Shown here: positions 14,985-22,896 of the stretch, in pieces
How the letters are laid out: every line of letters begins with the position of its first letter
Position numbering within the stretch: position 1 is the first letter of the stretch
Origin: Nanobdellota archaeon
GTDB lineage: Archaea; Nanobdellota; Nanobdellia; SCGC-AAA011-G17; GW2011-AR17
Assembly (NCBI GenBank): GCA_018830945.1
Contig: JAHJRD010000002.1
Span: forward strand, 1 to 44,389
Length of the DNA stretch: 44,389 nt
Reading direction: 5' to 3'
Notes under the pieces: model-generated
Seen by the model: only the letters and a program-made list of their open reading frames with translations
Databases searched by the model: none
Told to the model about the DNA's origin: nothing
Program-made: the position numbers and the translations under genes

Positions 14985-16773
14985 TAAATGCCGAATATTT
15001 TTCGTATGGCAAAACTGATAATTTTAATAGATAGTTGGGATCTTTGCGTAATCTGCCAATAACCCCATAAGTATCTTTTAGCAGCCTTCCTATTTCTCCA
15101 ATCCGCGCTCTCGCAACCCGCAGGCTGGCGTCAGCAATATCCCCTCTAACTGTTTCAAGCAAATCAACCTCACGCTCAAGATGTCCCTTAATTTGGTATA
15201 AAGCAAAGCCTACTCTTGGAACCACTTCAGGATTAAATTTTGCAAATTCACGCGGACTGTTAATATGCTTACGCGCCAATTCAAGCAGCCTCTTATTCTC
15301 ATCAAGTCTTGCTTCACATCTTGGCTTTCCATCAAGCCTTTGTTTATATTCATTTTTTGCAAGTCCTAATAATTGCCCGTCTGGCAAATGATTAAATCTT
15401 CCTGCAAAAAAATTGCGGCATGCTTTTACATCCCCCTGGATAGCAGCAAATTGCGGTATATATTCATCTAAATCTGCAAGGCACTCTTCTGCCTGCCGGA
15501 CATCCTTTTCCCTATTTTTTAAGTAACGTTGCGCACGGTCCAGGACCACCCTGTCAATAGCACCAGGCAAAAGAATATCTTCAAACCCCCCAATCTCTTC
15601 AATTTGCCTAAAAACTTCCTGCCTGCTTCCATTACAGCCATTTCTTCTTATTTCAAAAGCACAGGGAGCTATGTATGATTTCCAAATCTCTTCAGCAAGA
15701 GCCTTTGGGCGCTTTAATTCAGTTCTCCATTTAATGCCTAATCCTTTTGATAATTCCCTGCAATAATCTTCAATATCTCTTTTTGTCCTATCCGGCACCT
15801 CATCAATATAGTCACGAAATGTGAGCCTTATAATCTCATGCGGGTCTGCTAATTCTGCAAGTGTTCTCATGTCCGAAAAATCAGTAAACTTATACCCATC
15901 GTTAGTCAAAACAAGATTTTCAGAATGGGCGCATGTATGTATCAGCATGGAATCCAGAGTCATCATCTCCACAAACTGCTGCGCCAACCCCATCGCCGTT
16001 GCATTTGGCTTATTTTTTATTTTGGGGAAGGCATCATTTCCATTAAAAGATGCCCTAACAGAAGAAGGAGATAACCGCAAGAGATAAGCCTGGTCTGTGC
16101 TGTCCCCGCAATACCTTAATTCCCCATCATACTCAACCAGCAATGCAGCCCTGGGGGAATTTGCATTTCGGAATGCAATACTCTTTTCATTTCTAAGTAT
16201 TTCCAGATTCCTGAATTCCCTTCTGCCTTGTGCTACCTCAAGCCCTCCCCATCGCGCGTGCCCTGAACCAAAATACGACATGCGCGTTTGCAAATCTGTG
16301 ATAGAATTGTTTCCATTAGGCACGCCAACGCCCTTAATCTCTACAACAAACTCCTTGCCTGCCTGCTTAACAACAACGGGCTTTCTCTTGTAAAGCAAAA
16401 CTCCTGTTCTTCCCTGGGGCTTGCTTTCATTGGTTGCATACATCAAAGCAGAGAACTCACTATCTTTATCTGAAGAGGTTCTAAGTATTGAGCCTGCATC
16501 AAACACTTCTCTTACTTGTTCTGGCAATGCCTCATAATCATTGCTTTTTTTAAAAGCCTTTATTTTTGGCTTTTCAACCCTCAGCGGAACAATCTGTGCT
16601 TTTCTGTGAGGATCCCATCCAAATACGCATCCTAAAAAACATTCTCCAAGATTCCTGTCTGTCCTGATTTGATGGCTGTCTGAAACTATTGCCTCTATTG
16701 TTTCGTCTTTCCCTCTGCAAAAACCAATAATGTTCCGTGTTTCTGTGCCAATATTTGGATATGGATTAGTCAT
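14974..16773 (-). CDS. Large uncharacterised protein, N-terminal protein-kinase-like fold (possibly atypical or inactive) plus helical C-terminal half
   Basis: EFVVEIKGVG is beta3-Lys-like. LIHTCAHSENLVL aligns to the I-H-x-D-x-H-x-x-N catalytic loop, with Cys where the Asp is expected. KFTDFSD is DFG-like. The ORF-track start at 16791 is a GTG; I used the ATG at 16771-16773, preceded by gaggg. Confidence 0.4.
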   Translation of the reverse strand: MTNPYPNIGTETRNIIGFCRGKDETIEAIVSDSHQIRTDRNLGECFLGCVFGWDPHRKAQIVPLRVEKPKIKAFKKSNDYEALPEQVREVFDAGSILRTSSDKDSEFSALMYATNESKPQGRTGVLLYKRKPVVVKQAGKEFVVEIKGVGVPNGNNSITDLQTRMSYFGSGHARWGGLEVAQGRREFRNLEILRNEKSIAFRNANSPRAALLVEYDGELRYCGDSTDQAYLLRLSPSSVRASFNGNDAFPKIKNKPNATAMGLAQQFVEMMTLDSMLIHTCAHSENLVLTNDGYKFTDFSDMRTLAELADPHEIIRLTFRDYIDEVPDRTKRDIEDYCRELSKGLGIKWRTELKRPKALAEEIWKSYIAPCAFEIRRNGCNGSRQEVFRQIEEIGGFEDILLPGAIDRVVLDRAQRYLKNREKDVRQAEECLADLDEYIPQFAAIQGDVKACRNFFAGRFNHLPDGQLLGLAKNEYKQRLDGKPRCEARLDENKRLLELARKHINSPREFAKFNPEVVPRVGFALYQIKGHLEREVDLLETVRGDIADASLRVARARIGEIGRLLKDTYGVIGRLRKDPNYLLKLSVLPYEKYSAFKRA

Positions 16774-16932
16774 CTTTTGGAAGGCCCTCACGAATTATCA
16801 ATTCAGTTGTCTTTCATGGCTCTTTTGGGATGTTTTTTCATATTTAAAGCTTCCTATTCTGTTGTCACTTATTAATAGCGAAACATTTATAAACAGGAAA
16901 AGCAGCTGAAATAACAAGATTCAGGGGGTAAA

Positions 16933-17295
16933 ATGAACGACTATGAAAAAACAGTCCTTAGAAGAGTTCTCGAAATAGGCGGAAAGCTGCTTGAGGGCGT
17001 TGCAGTTTATGGGCTATTCTATAATGCTATTAACCCGAATCAGGACAGCCTGCGCAACGCGTATATAGCGGCTGGAACAGGAGTTGCAGGAATATGCTTA
17101 GACAAGATTGGAAATAAGATTGTAAGCCATGTAAAGGAAATAAAGCATATACGCGAAAGAAAGCAAATACAAAAACAGCTTGAGGAAATCGTAAGTGAAA
17201 ACAATATCAGGATGGGGCTTCCTGCTGAGACAAGGCCCGAAGACAGGGTGAAGGCAAGAGCTGCAGAATATGCAAGAATGCAAGGGAGAAAATGA
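16933..17295 (+). CDS. Operon-B gene 1: small hydrophobic/charged protein (putative membrane protein)
   Basis: 120-aa ORF with an aggggg Shine-Dalgarno-like (SD) site 6 nt upstream. The N-terminal half is hydrophobic (GVAVYGLFY...AAGTGVAGICL) and the C-terminal half is charged. Its stop overlaps the next start (ATGA). Confidence 0.55.
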   Translation: MNDYEKTVLRRVLEIGGKLLEGVAVYGLFYNAINPNQDSLRNAYIAAGTGVAGICLDKIGNKIVSHVKEIKHIRERKQIQKQLEEIVSENNIRMGLPAETRPEDRVKARAAEYARMQGRK

Positions 17296-18131
17296 TGAGA
17301 AAAGCAATAATCCAGTTTACAAACAAATGCAATGCCCAGTGCAGGCACTGCGCGTATGAATGCGGGCCAAAAGGAGAAACAATGAATAAGAAAGACATTG
17401 AAAAGGTTCTGAAGCATTTGCCGGAAACAATCGAATATTTTGTTATATCAGGAGGAGAGCCCCTTGTGGCAATGGATGAGCTAAGGCATATGCTTTCATA
17501 CATTAGAGAGCAAAAACTAATTCCAAATGCAAGAATCCATGTGGAAACAAACGGCTTCTGGGCAAGGGATGCTGAATCAGCTTATAGGGTATTAAAAGAG
17601 CTGCACGAGTTTGGTGTTCATGGTGTTGCGCTTGCAAGCATGGATAAGTTCCACAGGGAAGCAGGAATAAACACAGAAAATCTTGAATGGAATCCTTCAA
17701 CTCCCATTTACCTTGCGCTGGAAAGGCTTTACAAGGAAACAGGAAGCACAAGGGATTATCCTATTGAAGTTGAGGCAAAGGGCGCAGTGCACGGAGTCCT
17801 GCCTGTCGGAAGGGCAAGGAATTTGCCTGAAGAGGAATTCGCAGTGCGCTCTGTGTGCGATATCAGCCTGGAGAATGAAGTTACAATAGACCCAAGAGGC
17901 ATTGCATATCTTTGCTGCTGGAGAACTATCCCCTCAATCGGCTCTGCAATTGACAGGCCTGTTGATGAATTGGTTAGAGAAGCAAGCAAAGACAAAATAA
18001 TGCAGGCGCTGCTTGAGCAAGGGCCTGAAGGAGCTGCAAAAGAATTGGGCGTTTACAAGGAAACTGATGAAGAAATATACAGGATAAATCCCTGCGTGAA
18101 GTGCGAGGAGATTTTTAGGGGTGTGAAATGA
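17292..18131 (+). CDS. Operon-B gene 2: radical SAM enzyme with SPASM/twitch-like C-terminal Cys motifs
   Basis: CNAQCRHC is the CxxxCxxC radical SAM cluster motif and SGGEPL is the SAM-binding motif. The C-terminal VC-x13-G-x4-C(C) and C-x2-C (CVKCEEIF) fit a partial SPASM signature. Confidence 0.8.
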   Translation: MMRKAIIQFTNKCNAQCRHCAYECGPKGETMNKKDIEKVLKHLPETIEYFVISGGEPLVAMDELRHMLSYIREQKLIPNARIHVETNGFWARDAESAYRVLKELHEFGVHGVALASMDKFHREAGINTENLEWNPSTPIYLALERLYKETGSTRDYPIEVEAKGAVHGVLPVGRARNLPEEEFAVRSVCDISLENEVTIDPRGIAYLCCWRTIPSIGSAIDRPVDELVREASKDKIMQALLEQGPEGAAKELGVYKETDEEIYRINPCVKCEEIFRGVK

Positions 18132-18940
18132 ATCTTCTACTGCAAATAACAAAAGCATGCAACCTGCAGTGCAGGCACTGCCATGACAGCTGCGGGCCTG
18201 ACAGGACAAGTATGGATGCGGAAACACTAGAAGTAGTTGTCGGCAATATTCCGCAAGGCGCAAAACAAATCATAATAAGCGGAGGCGAGCCCTTGGTTAA
18301 GCCAAAGCTTTTCTGGCACGCTATGGATTGTATTGCGGCTAACAGGCAGAATTTTCCTAAAGCTGTGCTTAGTCTCCAGACAAACGGCTTCTGGGCAAAG
18401 AATACAGATGCAGCATATGCCATACTAAAACAACTTTATGAAAAAGGGCTTGACAGGCTTGTCCTTACAGGGCTTGACAAATACCATGCAGAGCAGGGAA
18501 TTGACTTAAGTTCGCTGAGTGAAACTGAAAGCCCTTTTGCATATGCAATGCAAAGGCTAGGGACTCCTTTTACAGTTATAAGAGAGGTAGATAACCAGGG
18601 AATAATGCCGTTTGGCAGGGCAAAGGACTTGCCTGCGGAAGAACAGGCTAAAAAGTCCCAGTGCGAGGTGCCATGGGGTTTTGACAATCATCTTACTGTT
18701 GACACAAGCGGCCAGCTTTATCCTTGCTGCTGGAAAGCTACTCCTTCAATGGGCTCTGCAAAAGACAAGAGTATTGAAAATATTCTAAGGAATGCAAAGA
18801 AGAATAAAATATTTCATGCTCTTGAAAGAGGCGGGCCAAAAGAAGCTGCAATAAAACTTGACATTTACAGGGAGCAGGATGAGCAGCTTTACAGGCACGA
18901 ATGCAGGATGTGCGAGGAAATCTTCAGGGGGATGAAATGA
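18128..18940 (+). CDS. Operon-B gene 3: radical SAM/SPASM-like paralog of gene 2
   Basis: It carries CNLQCRHC, SGGEPL, C-x(n)-G-x4-CC (SGQLYPCCW) and CRMCEEIFRGMK. It is collinear with gene 2, and both end in CEEIFRG(V/M)K. ATGA overlaps occur at both ends. Confidence 0.8.
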   Translation: MNLLLQITKACNLQCRHCHDSCGPDRTSMDAETLEVVVGNIPQGAKQIIISGGEPLVKPKLFWHAMDCIAANRQNFPKAVLSLQTNGFWAKNTDAAYAILKQLYEKGLDRLVLTGLDKYHAEQGIDLSSLSETESPFAYAMQRLGTPFTVIREVDNQGIMPFGRAKDLPAEEQAKKSQCEVPWGFDNHLTVDTSGQLYPCCWKATPSMGSAKDKSIENILRNAKKNKIFHALERGGPKEAAIKLDIYREQDEQLYRHECRMCEEIFRGMK

Positions 18941-19839
18941 CAGCATTTGAACAAATCAAAGACAGCCTTGAGATGACTGCTTTGGTTAGAAGTGCTGTTA
19001 CTGATAATACAGAAGAGGTTTCATTAAAGCATGACCTGACAATGGAAGAATATACCCTTTTCAAGAAAATGTATGTAAATGACCCTTACAGCACCATAGG
19101 GCATATGAACGCTTTCATGGGAAGAATGAGAAATAATTATAATGTGATGGACCACCATGTTGATGCAGCGCTTGAGCTTGAGTGTTTGGTTGAGGAGGAG
19201 GATTTAAGAGAGAATATTGAGTTCAACAGCGAGATAAAGTGCGAGATTCCAGGGTTCGTAAGCCAGGGCTACAGAGCATTGTGGAATGATGGAAGAGACA
19301 CAGGCAGGAGTAGAGAAAAGGTTATTGTCGACAAAAGGACAATTAAGGGTACATTAAAAATTGCAAAGCTTTTCGCAATAGGGAACAAAGATGATGAAGA
19401 GAAGACTCTTAAAGATATTGCAAGGTACCTGCAGAGTATCTTGAAGTATGACCTTGAATTTATTGATGCTATAGCAGAAGAAAAACGTGATGTTAGCGTT
19501 ATGATCAATTTATATGAAACTGTTGGAAAAGCCATATGCAGGCATCATGCCCTCTTTTATCAGCTTGCAGTGCAGGAAGCAGGGATACCGGCAAAAATGA
19601 TACCAGGGCAATATGAAGGGCGCCAAAGAGGACATATGTGGGGAAAAGCCAAGCTAAACAGGAAAAGCGCGATTCTGGATTTAACTAATTATGAAAATCC
19701 GGTTATAATATCTGAAAGGTTAATAAACTGTTATGAGAAAGCTAAAGCAGGATATGCAAAGAAAGGAATCAATATAACATATATCCCGTGGAACCCGAGA
19801 ACCTGTTATTACAAATACAGCACAAGGGGTTTGCAATGA
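18937..19839 (+). CDS. Operon-B gene 4: transglutaminase-like cysteine peptidase-fold protein
   Basis: GKAICRHHALFYQLAVQEAGIPAKMIPG fits C-x2-(F/H)A-x(n)-GIPAR. GHMWGKA fits H-x-W and ILDLT supplies the Asp. Together they form the Cys-His-Asp triad pattern of the transglutaminase core. The start at 18937 overlaps the gene-3 stop; the track start at 18901 lies inside gene 3. Confidence 0.7.
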   Translation: MTAFEQIKDSLEMTALVRSAVTDNTEEVSLKHDLTMEEYTLFKKMYVNDPYSTIGHMNAFMGRMRNNYNVMDHHVDAALELECLVEEEDLRENIEFNSEIKCEIPGFVSQGYRALWNDGRDTGRSREKVIVDKRTIKGTLKIAKLFAIGNKDDEEKTLKDIARYLQSILKYDLEFIDAIAEEKRDVSVMINLYETVGKAICRHHALFYQLAVQEAGIPAKMIPGQYEGRQRGHMWGKAKLNRKSAILDLTNYENPVIISERLINCYEKAKAGYAKKGINITYIPWNPRTCYYKYSTRGLQ

Positions 19840-19946
19840 TTCGCGAGCAGAAGCAAAGTGAATATTCGAATGAGGGCAGCGAATGAGAATGCGAACAATA
19901 AGAATAGCTCTTCTTGAGCTTGTCACTGGATGCCTGGAGGAAAGAA

Positions 19947-20633
19947 ATGAGCCTCATTGAAATATTAAAAACTCCTGAAATGCTTGAAGCAGCAAAAAAT
20001 GTCCATGCAAGGCTTGAAGAAGAACATGAAACCATTAGGAGAATACAACCCTTATGGCTTCCTGCTGTTGAGGAAAGGCTTCTTGGAGAGCGCCTTGCTT
20101 GTGTTGCAGGCAAAATAAATGATTTGCTTGACATCCATCCTCAATTGCCAGGTATTGAATATAACCGCTCTTATAGAGAAACTACTTATGATAAAAACCG
20201 CAGATGTATATTACTTTGCTATCAAGACATACCTCTTTTAGAAGTTGACGCAGCAATAGCGCATGAGTATTGCCATTACCTTCAGCACCATGTTTCAGGC
20301 AGGGCAGAACAATGGGCTTTTCATGCTGAGCTTAAAGAAGGATTTGCAAGGGGCATTGAATTGATTATAGCAAGGCAAACTGCAAAAGAGAAGGGCAATA
20401 ACCACTTTTCAAAGAAGGCCATTGAGATTGCAGCTAGTGACATGGAGATATTTCTGAAGCAATACAATAACAGGCAGGCAATGCCGGCAGGACAAAAAGC
20501 ATACTCACTGGGCGTGACAGCGATGCTTGTTGCTGAAAGCATGCACGGAAATATGATTTACAGAAGGCTGATAAAGTCAACCAGGCCTTATCGGCTTTTA
20601 GAAGGGTTTTTGTTAGGAGCTGTAACTCCATGA
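19947..20633 (+). CDS. Operon-B gene 5: HExxH zinc metallopeptidase-like protein (gluzincin-type)
   Basis: AIAHEYCHYLQHH is followed 21 residues later by LKEGFARG, fitting HExxH...E(G)F(A) as in MA-clan gluzincins. The start at ATG 19947 is preceded by ctggagg. The ORF-track start at 19914 is a TTG. Confidence 0.55.
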   Translation: MSLIEILKTPEMLEAAKNVHARLEEEHETIRRIQPLWLPAVEERLLGERLACVAGKINDLLDIHPQLPGIEYNRSYRETTYDKNRRCILLCYQDIPLLEVDAAIAHEYCHYLQHHVSGRAEQWAFHAELKEGFARGIELIIARQTAKEKGNNHFSKKAIEIAASDMEIFLKQYNNRQAMPAGQKAYSLGVTAMLVAESMHGNMIYRRLIKSTRPYRLLEGFLLGAVTP

Positions 20634-20684
20634 GATGCAGATATAAAATCCGGATTATAAGAAAAATAAAAAGATAAAAAGAAA

Positions 20685-21404
20685 TTAATGCATTGAGAAG
20701 TTTTCTCTCAAGAATACCATCATCATCTCATTGCCTGATGTTGTATACACTCTGTATGCATCTGACAGGTATTCCTTCTTAAGAAACAAATCGCCTAATT
20801 TGTTAAGCCTGTCCTTGTCGCCTGCTGCTGCAAACGCTTTTTCTGCAAACGGCAAAGCCTCATTCCTCTCTGACTTAACGCACCTGTCTCCAACTTCTAT
20901 TAATTTCATCCTGTTGCCTAAAAGCTGGAACACTTCAATCGCAGAGTCAAACTTCTCTCTCTTTATGCATTCTTCTCCGACTTTCAAAAGCATGTCCTTG
21001 TCATTCAAAAGCTTGTACGCCCTTATTGCGTCAAGCATCTGGCCTTCCCTTAAGCAGGTCTCGCCTGTTTTCCTTAATCTGTCCATATTTTCAGCCATGT
21101 GGTAGCAGTCAATTGCATCAGAAAACATCTGCTTTGACCCAAAGTCATCGCCAATCTCAACAAGCTTTTGCTTGTTTCCTGTCTGCACAAATGCCTTTAT
21201 TGCTTCAGGCACCTTGCCTTTTTTCATGAGCTCTTCGCCGACTGCATTCAAAACACTTACCCTCATGTCATCGCTGAACATTGAAAGGTTAACGTTTTCA
21301 ACACCTTTCTTCAAAATAATGGGGACCATTTTTTCATAAGTTTCTAAGCCCCTGGCATTAAATTTCTCAACCAATCCTGGCACGGCTTTTTTTATGTGTT
21401 CCAT
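20685..21404 (-). CDS. Helical-repeat protein (about 36-aa repeats), function unknown
   Basis: Five repeats follow the pattern A-(I/F)-x2-(F/Y)-x5-(D/N)-x3-L-x2-(V/L/T)G(D/E), for example AIKAFVQTGNKQKLVEIGDDF, AIDCYHMAENMDRLRKTGETC and AIEVFQLLGNRMKLIEVGDRC. The ATG at 21404 fits the TATA spacing better than 21413. Confidence 0.5.
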   Translation of the reverse strand: MEHIKKAVPGLVEKFNARGLETYEKMVPIILKKGVENVNLSMFSDDMRVSVLNAVGEELMKKGKVPEAIKAFVQTGNKQKLVEIGDDFGSKQMFSDAIDCYHMAENMDRLRKTGETCLREGQMLDAIRAYKLLNDKDMLLKVGEECIKREKFDSAIEVFQLLGNRMKLIEVGDRCVKSERNEALPFAEKAFAAAGDKDRLNKLGDLFLKKEYLSDAYRVYTTSGNEMMMVFLRENFSMH

Positions 21405-21549
21405 GTAAATCATCCTCGCTTTTTATAAATATAATTCTGTTAGATGAGATGAATTGCTTATTTATATAGTTATTGCTTTTTGTCTGGAAATTGAGTACTA
21501 TTGTGTTATCACTGGAGAATATAACAAAAAGAGATTATTGTAAAGGATG

Positions 21550-21611
21550 ATGGGCGCATTGCGCCCATGCTGTGATGGCTTTGCTTGTGTTTCCATGCTT
21601 TGCATGGAAAC
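21550..21611. other. Two perfect hairpin-forming palindromes in a 360-bp intergenic region
   Basis: atgggcgca-t-tgcgcccat (21550-21568) has 9-bp arms. gtttccatgc-ttt-gcatggaaac (21589-21611) has 10-bp arms. The strand of any transcript is unknown. Confidence 0.5.
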
Positions 21612-21698
21612 TTGAGGCTAAATAATCAATGCGTTAAGATTGGCAGGCGTGTAGCCCTATTGCAGCGCAGACTGCATCTGCGTTCGCCCAAATTAAAA

Positions 21699-21732
21699 GC
21701 ACTAAAGTGCCGCAAAAGAAGCACTTAAGTGC
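21699..21732. promoter_or_regulatory. Two copies of palindrome GCACT(A/T)AAGTGC upstream of the TATA box of the HEPN/NTase-3 operon
   Basis: gcactaaagtgc lies at 21699-21710 and gcacttaagtgc at 21721-21732, 22 bp centre to centre. They are followed by atatttataaagg (about 21735-21747) and the ATG at 21778. Confidence 0.45.
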
Positions 21733-21777
21733 AAATATTTATAAAGGATTGCACATTATAATCACTAAGGTGATATA

Positions 21778-22278
21778 ATGGAAAATATCTGGACAGCGCT
21801 GCCTGCGGCAGAAAGAGACAACTATATCAGATTTCATGAAACAGCATACAAGGATGACCTAAAGCACGCAGAAGACAATGCAATAAAATACCCGAGATGG
21901 GCAATCATTTCAGGGTATTATGCAATGCACGATGCAACAAAGCTGTTCCTTGCTAAAAAATTTGCGATAAAAATTAGCAGCCCTGAAATACACGAAAAAG
22001 CAATAAAAGCGCTGAAGGATAAAATCCAAGATGAAAAAACAAAGAAAAGATTGCTTGAGATGCTGGAAAAAGCAAAAGAAGCATACTTTAATATCGAGCG
22101 CCTTAAAGAGAAAGTACTGCCTGAAATATTGCGCCAGGGCAGGCATGAAAGAGGAAAAACCCAGTATTACAGCGAGGATTATTCTGAAGAAAAAAAAGCA
22201 GGCAAGGAAAAGGCAGTTTATTTCCTGGACAAGATTGTAAACCCTTACATACAGCTAATCGAGGGGCTGATGCAATAA
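21778..22278 (+). CDS. HEPN-like helical protein, cognate of NTase 22278-22868
   Basis: 166-aa helical protein with GRHERGKTQYYSEDY, an R-x(4-5)-Y motif as in the other two partners. Its stop overlaps the next ATG (taATG). Confidence 0.5.
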   Translation: MENIWTALPAAERDNYIRFHETAYKDDLKHAEDNAIKYPRWAIISGYYAMHDATKLFLAKKFAIKISSPEIHEKAIKALKDKIQDEKTKKRLLEMLEKAKEAYFNIERLKEKVLPEILRQGRHERGKTQYYSEDYSEEKKAGKEKAVYFLDKIVNPYIQLIEGLMQ

Positions 22279-22868
22279 TGCTCATAGATATTTGCCTCGG
22301 GACAAGAACAGCATGGAAGATACTTCTGCTGATGTCTGAAACACCTGGAAAAGGGTTAACACGAAAACAGATAATGGAACAGACAAAAATAGGGAATAAG
22401 GTGCTTATTAAATCTATGCTCCTGCTGCAAAAGTCAGATATAATCAGCGGAATAAAGCAAGGGAGGCAGTTTATTTATAAAATGAATATGGCAAATCCAA
22501 TGACAAATGCAATAATAGGGGTAATTTTCACAGAGAGGCAGCAGCTTAACGCCCCTTACTTTTCAACCGCCATTGTAATACGGGAATTTGTTTATGAGCT
22601 TACGAACATAAATCTTGAAAACATGCAAAAAATATTCTTATTTGGCAGCGTGGCAAAGCATACCGCTAACATAAACTCTGATATAGATATTGCAATAATA
22701 TCAAAAGAAAAAAGCCTGAAAGACGAGCTGCAGATTACAGGAATCTGCGGGAAAATCAAAGAAAGGTTCAAGAGAGAAATACAGCCGCATTATTTTACAG
22801 AAGAAGAATTCAAAAAAAAGAATAAGCTTGCCGAAGAAATAATGAAAGACGGCATCAGGCTGTTATAA
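22278..22868 (+). CDS. wHTH plus nucleotidyltransferase-domain protein (MNT-like)
   Basis: The N-terminal LTRKQIMEQTKIGNKVLIKSMLLLQKSDII is wHTH-like. IFLFGSVAKHTANINSDIDIAII is the G-S-x(n)-D-x-D NTase motif. Confidence 0.75.
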   Translation: MLIDICLGTRTAWKILLLMSETPGKGLTRKQIMEQTKIGNKVLIKSMLLLQKSDIISGIKQGRQFIYKMNMANPMTNAIIGVIFTERQQLNAPYFSTAIVIREFVYELTNINLENMQKIFLFGSVAKHTANINSDIDIAIISKEKSLKDELQITGICGKIKERFKREIQPHYFTEEEFKKKNKLAEEIMKDGIRLL

Positions 22869-22896
22869 TACAAAATTCAGGCGGAGCCCGCTCCTT

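Noticed and set aside
17292-18940. Reading the two small radical SAM proteins as prokaryotic viperin-like antiviral enzymes, given the island context and the neighbouring kinase-like gene
   Set aside because: Both carry extra C-terminal Cys motifs (C-x13-G-x4-CC and CxxC) characteristic of SPASM/twitch auxiliary clusters, which viperins lack. I could not see the viperin C-terminal nucleotide-binding signature. I kept them as generic rSAM/SPASM-like.
19836-19917. Two micro-ORFs in the gap between the transglutaminase-like and HExxH genes (MIREQKQSEYSNEGSE, 19836-19886; MRAANENANNKNSSS, 19870-19917) as candidate precursor peptides
   Set aside because: They are only 15-16 codons long and have no Cys or other residue pattern typical of rSAM substrates. 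Neither has a convincing ribosome-binding site, and they overlap each other. The evidence is insufficient to call either.
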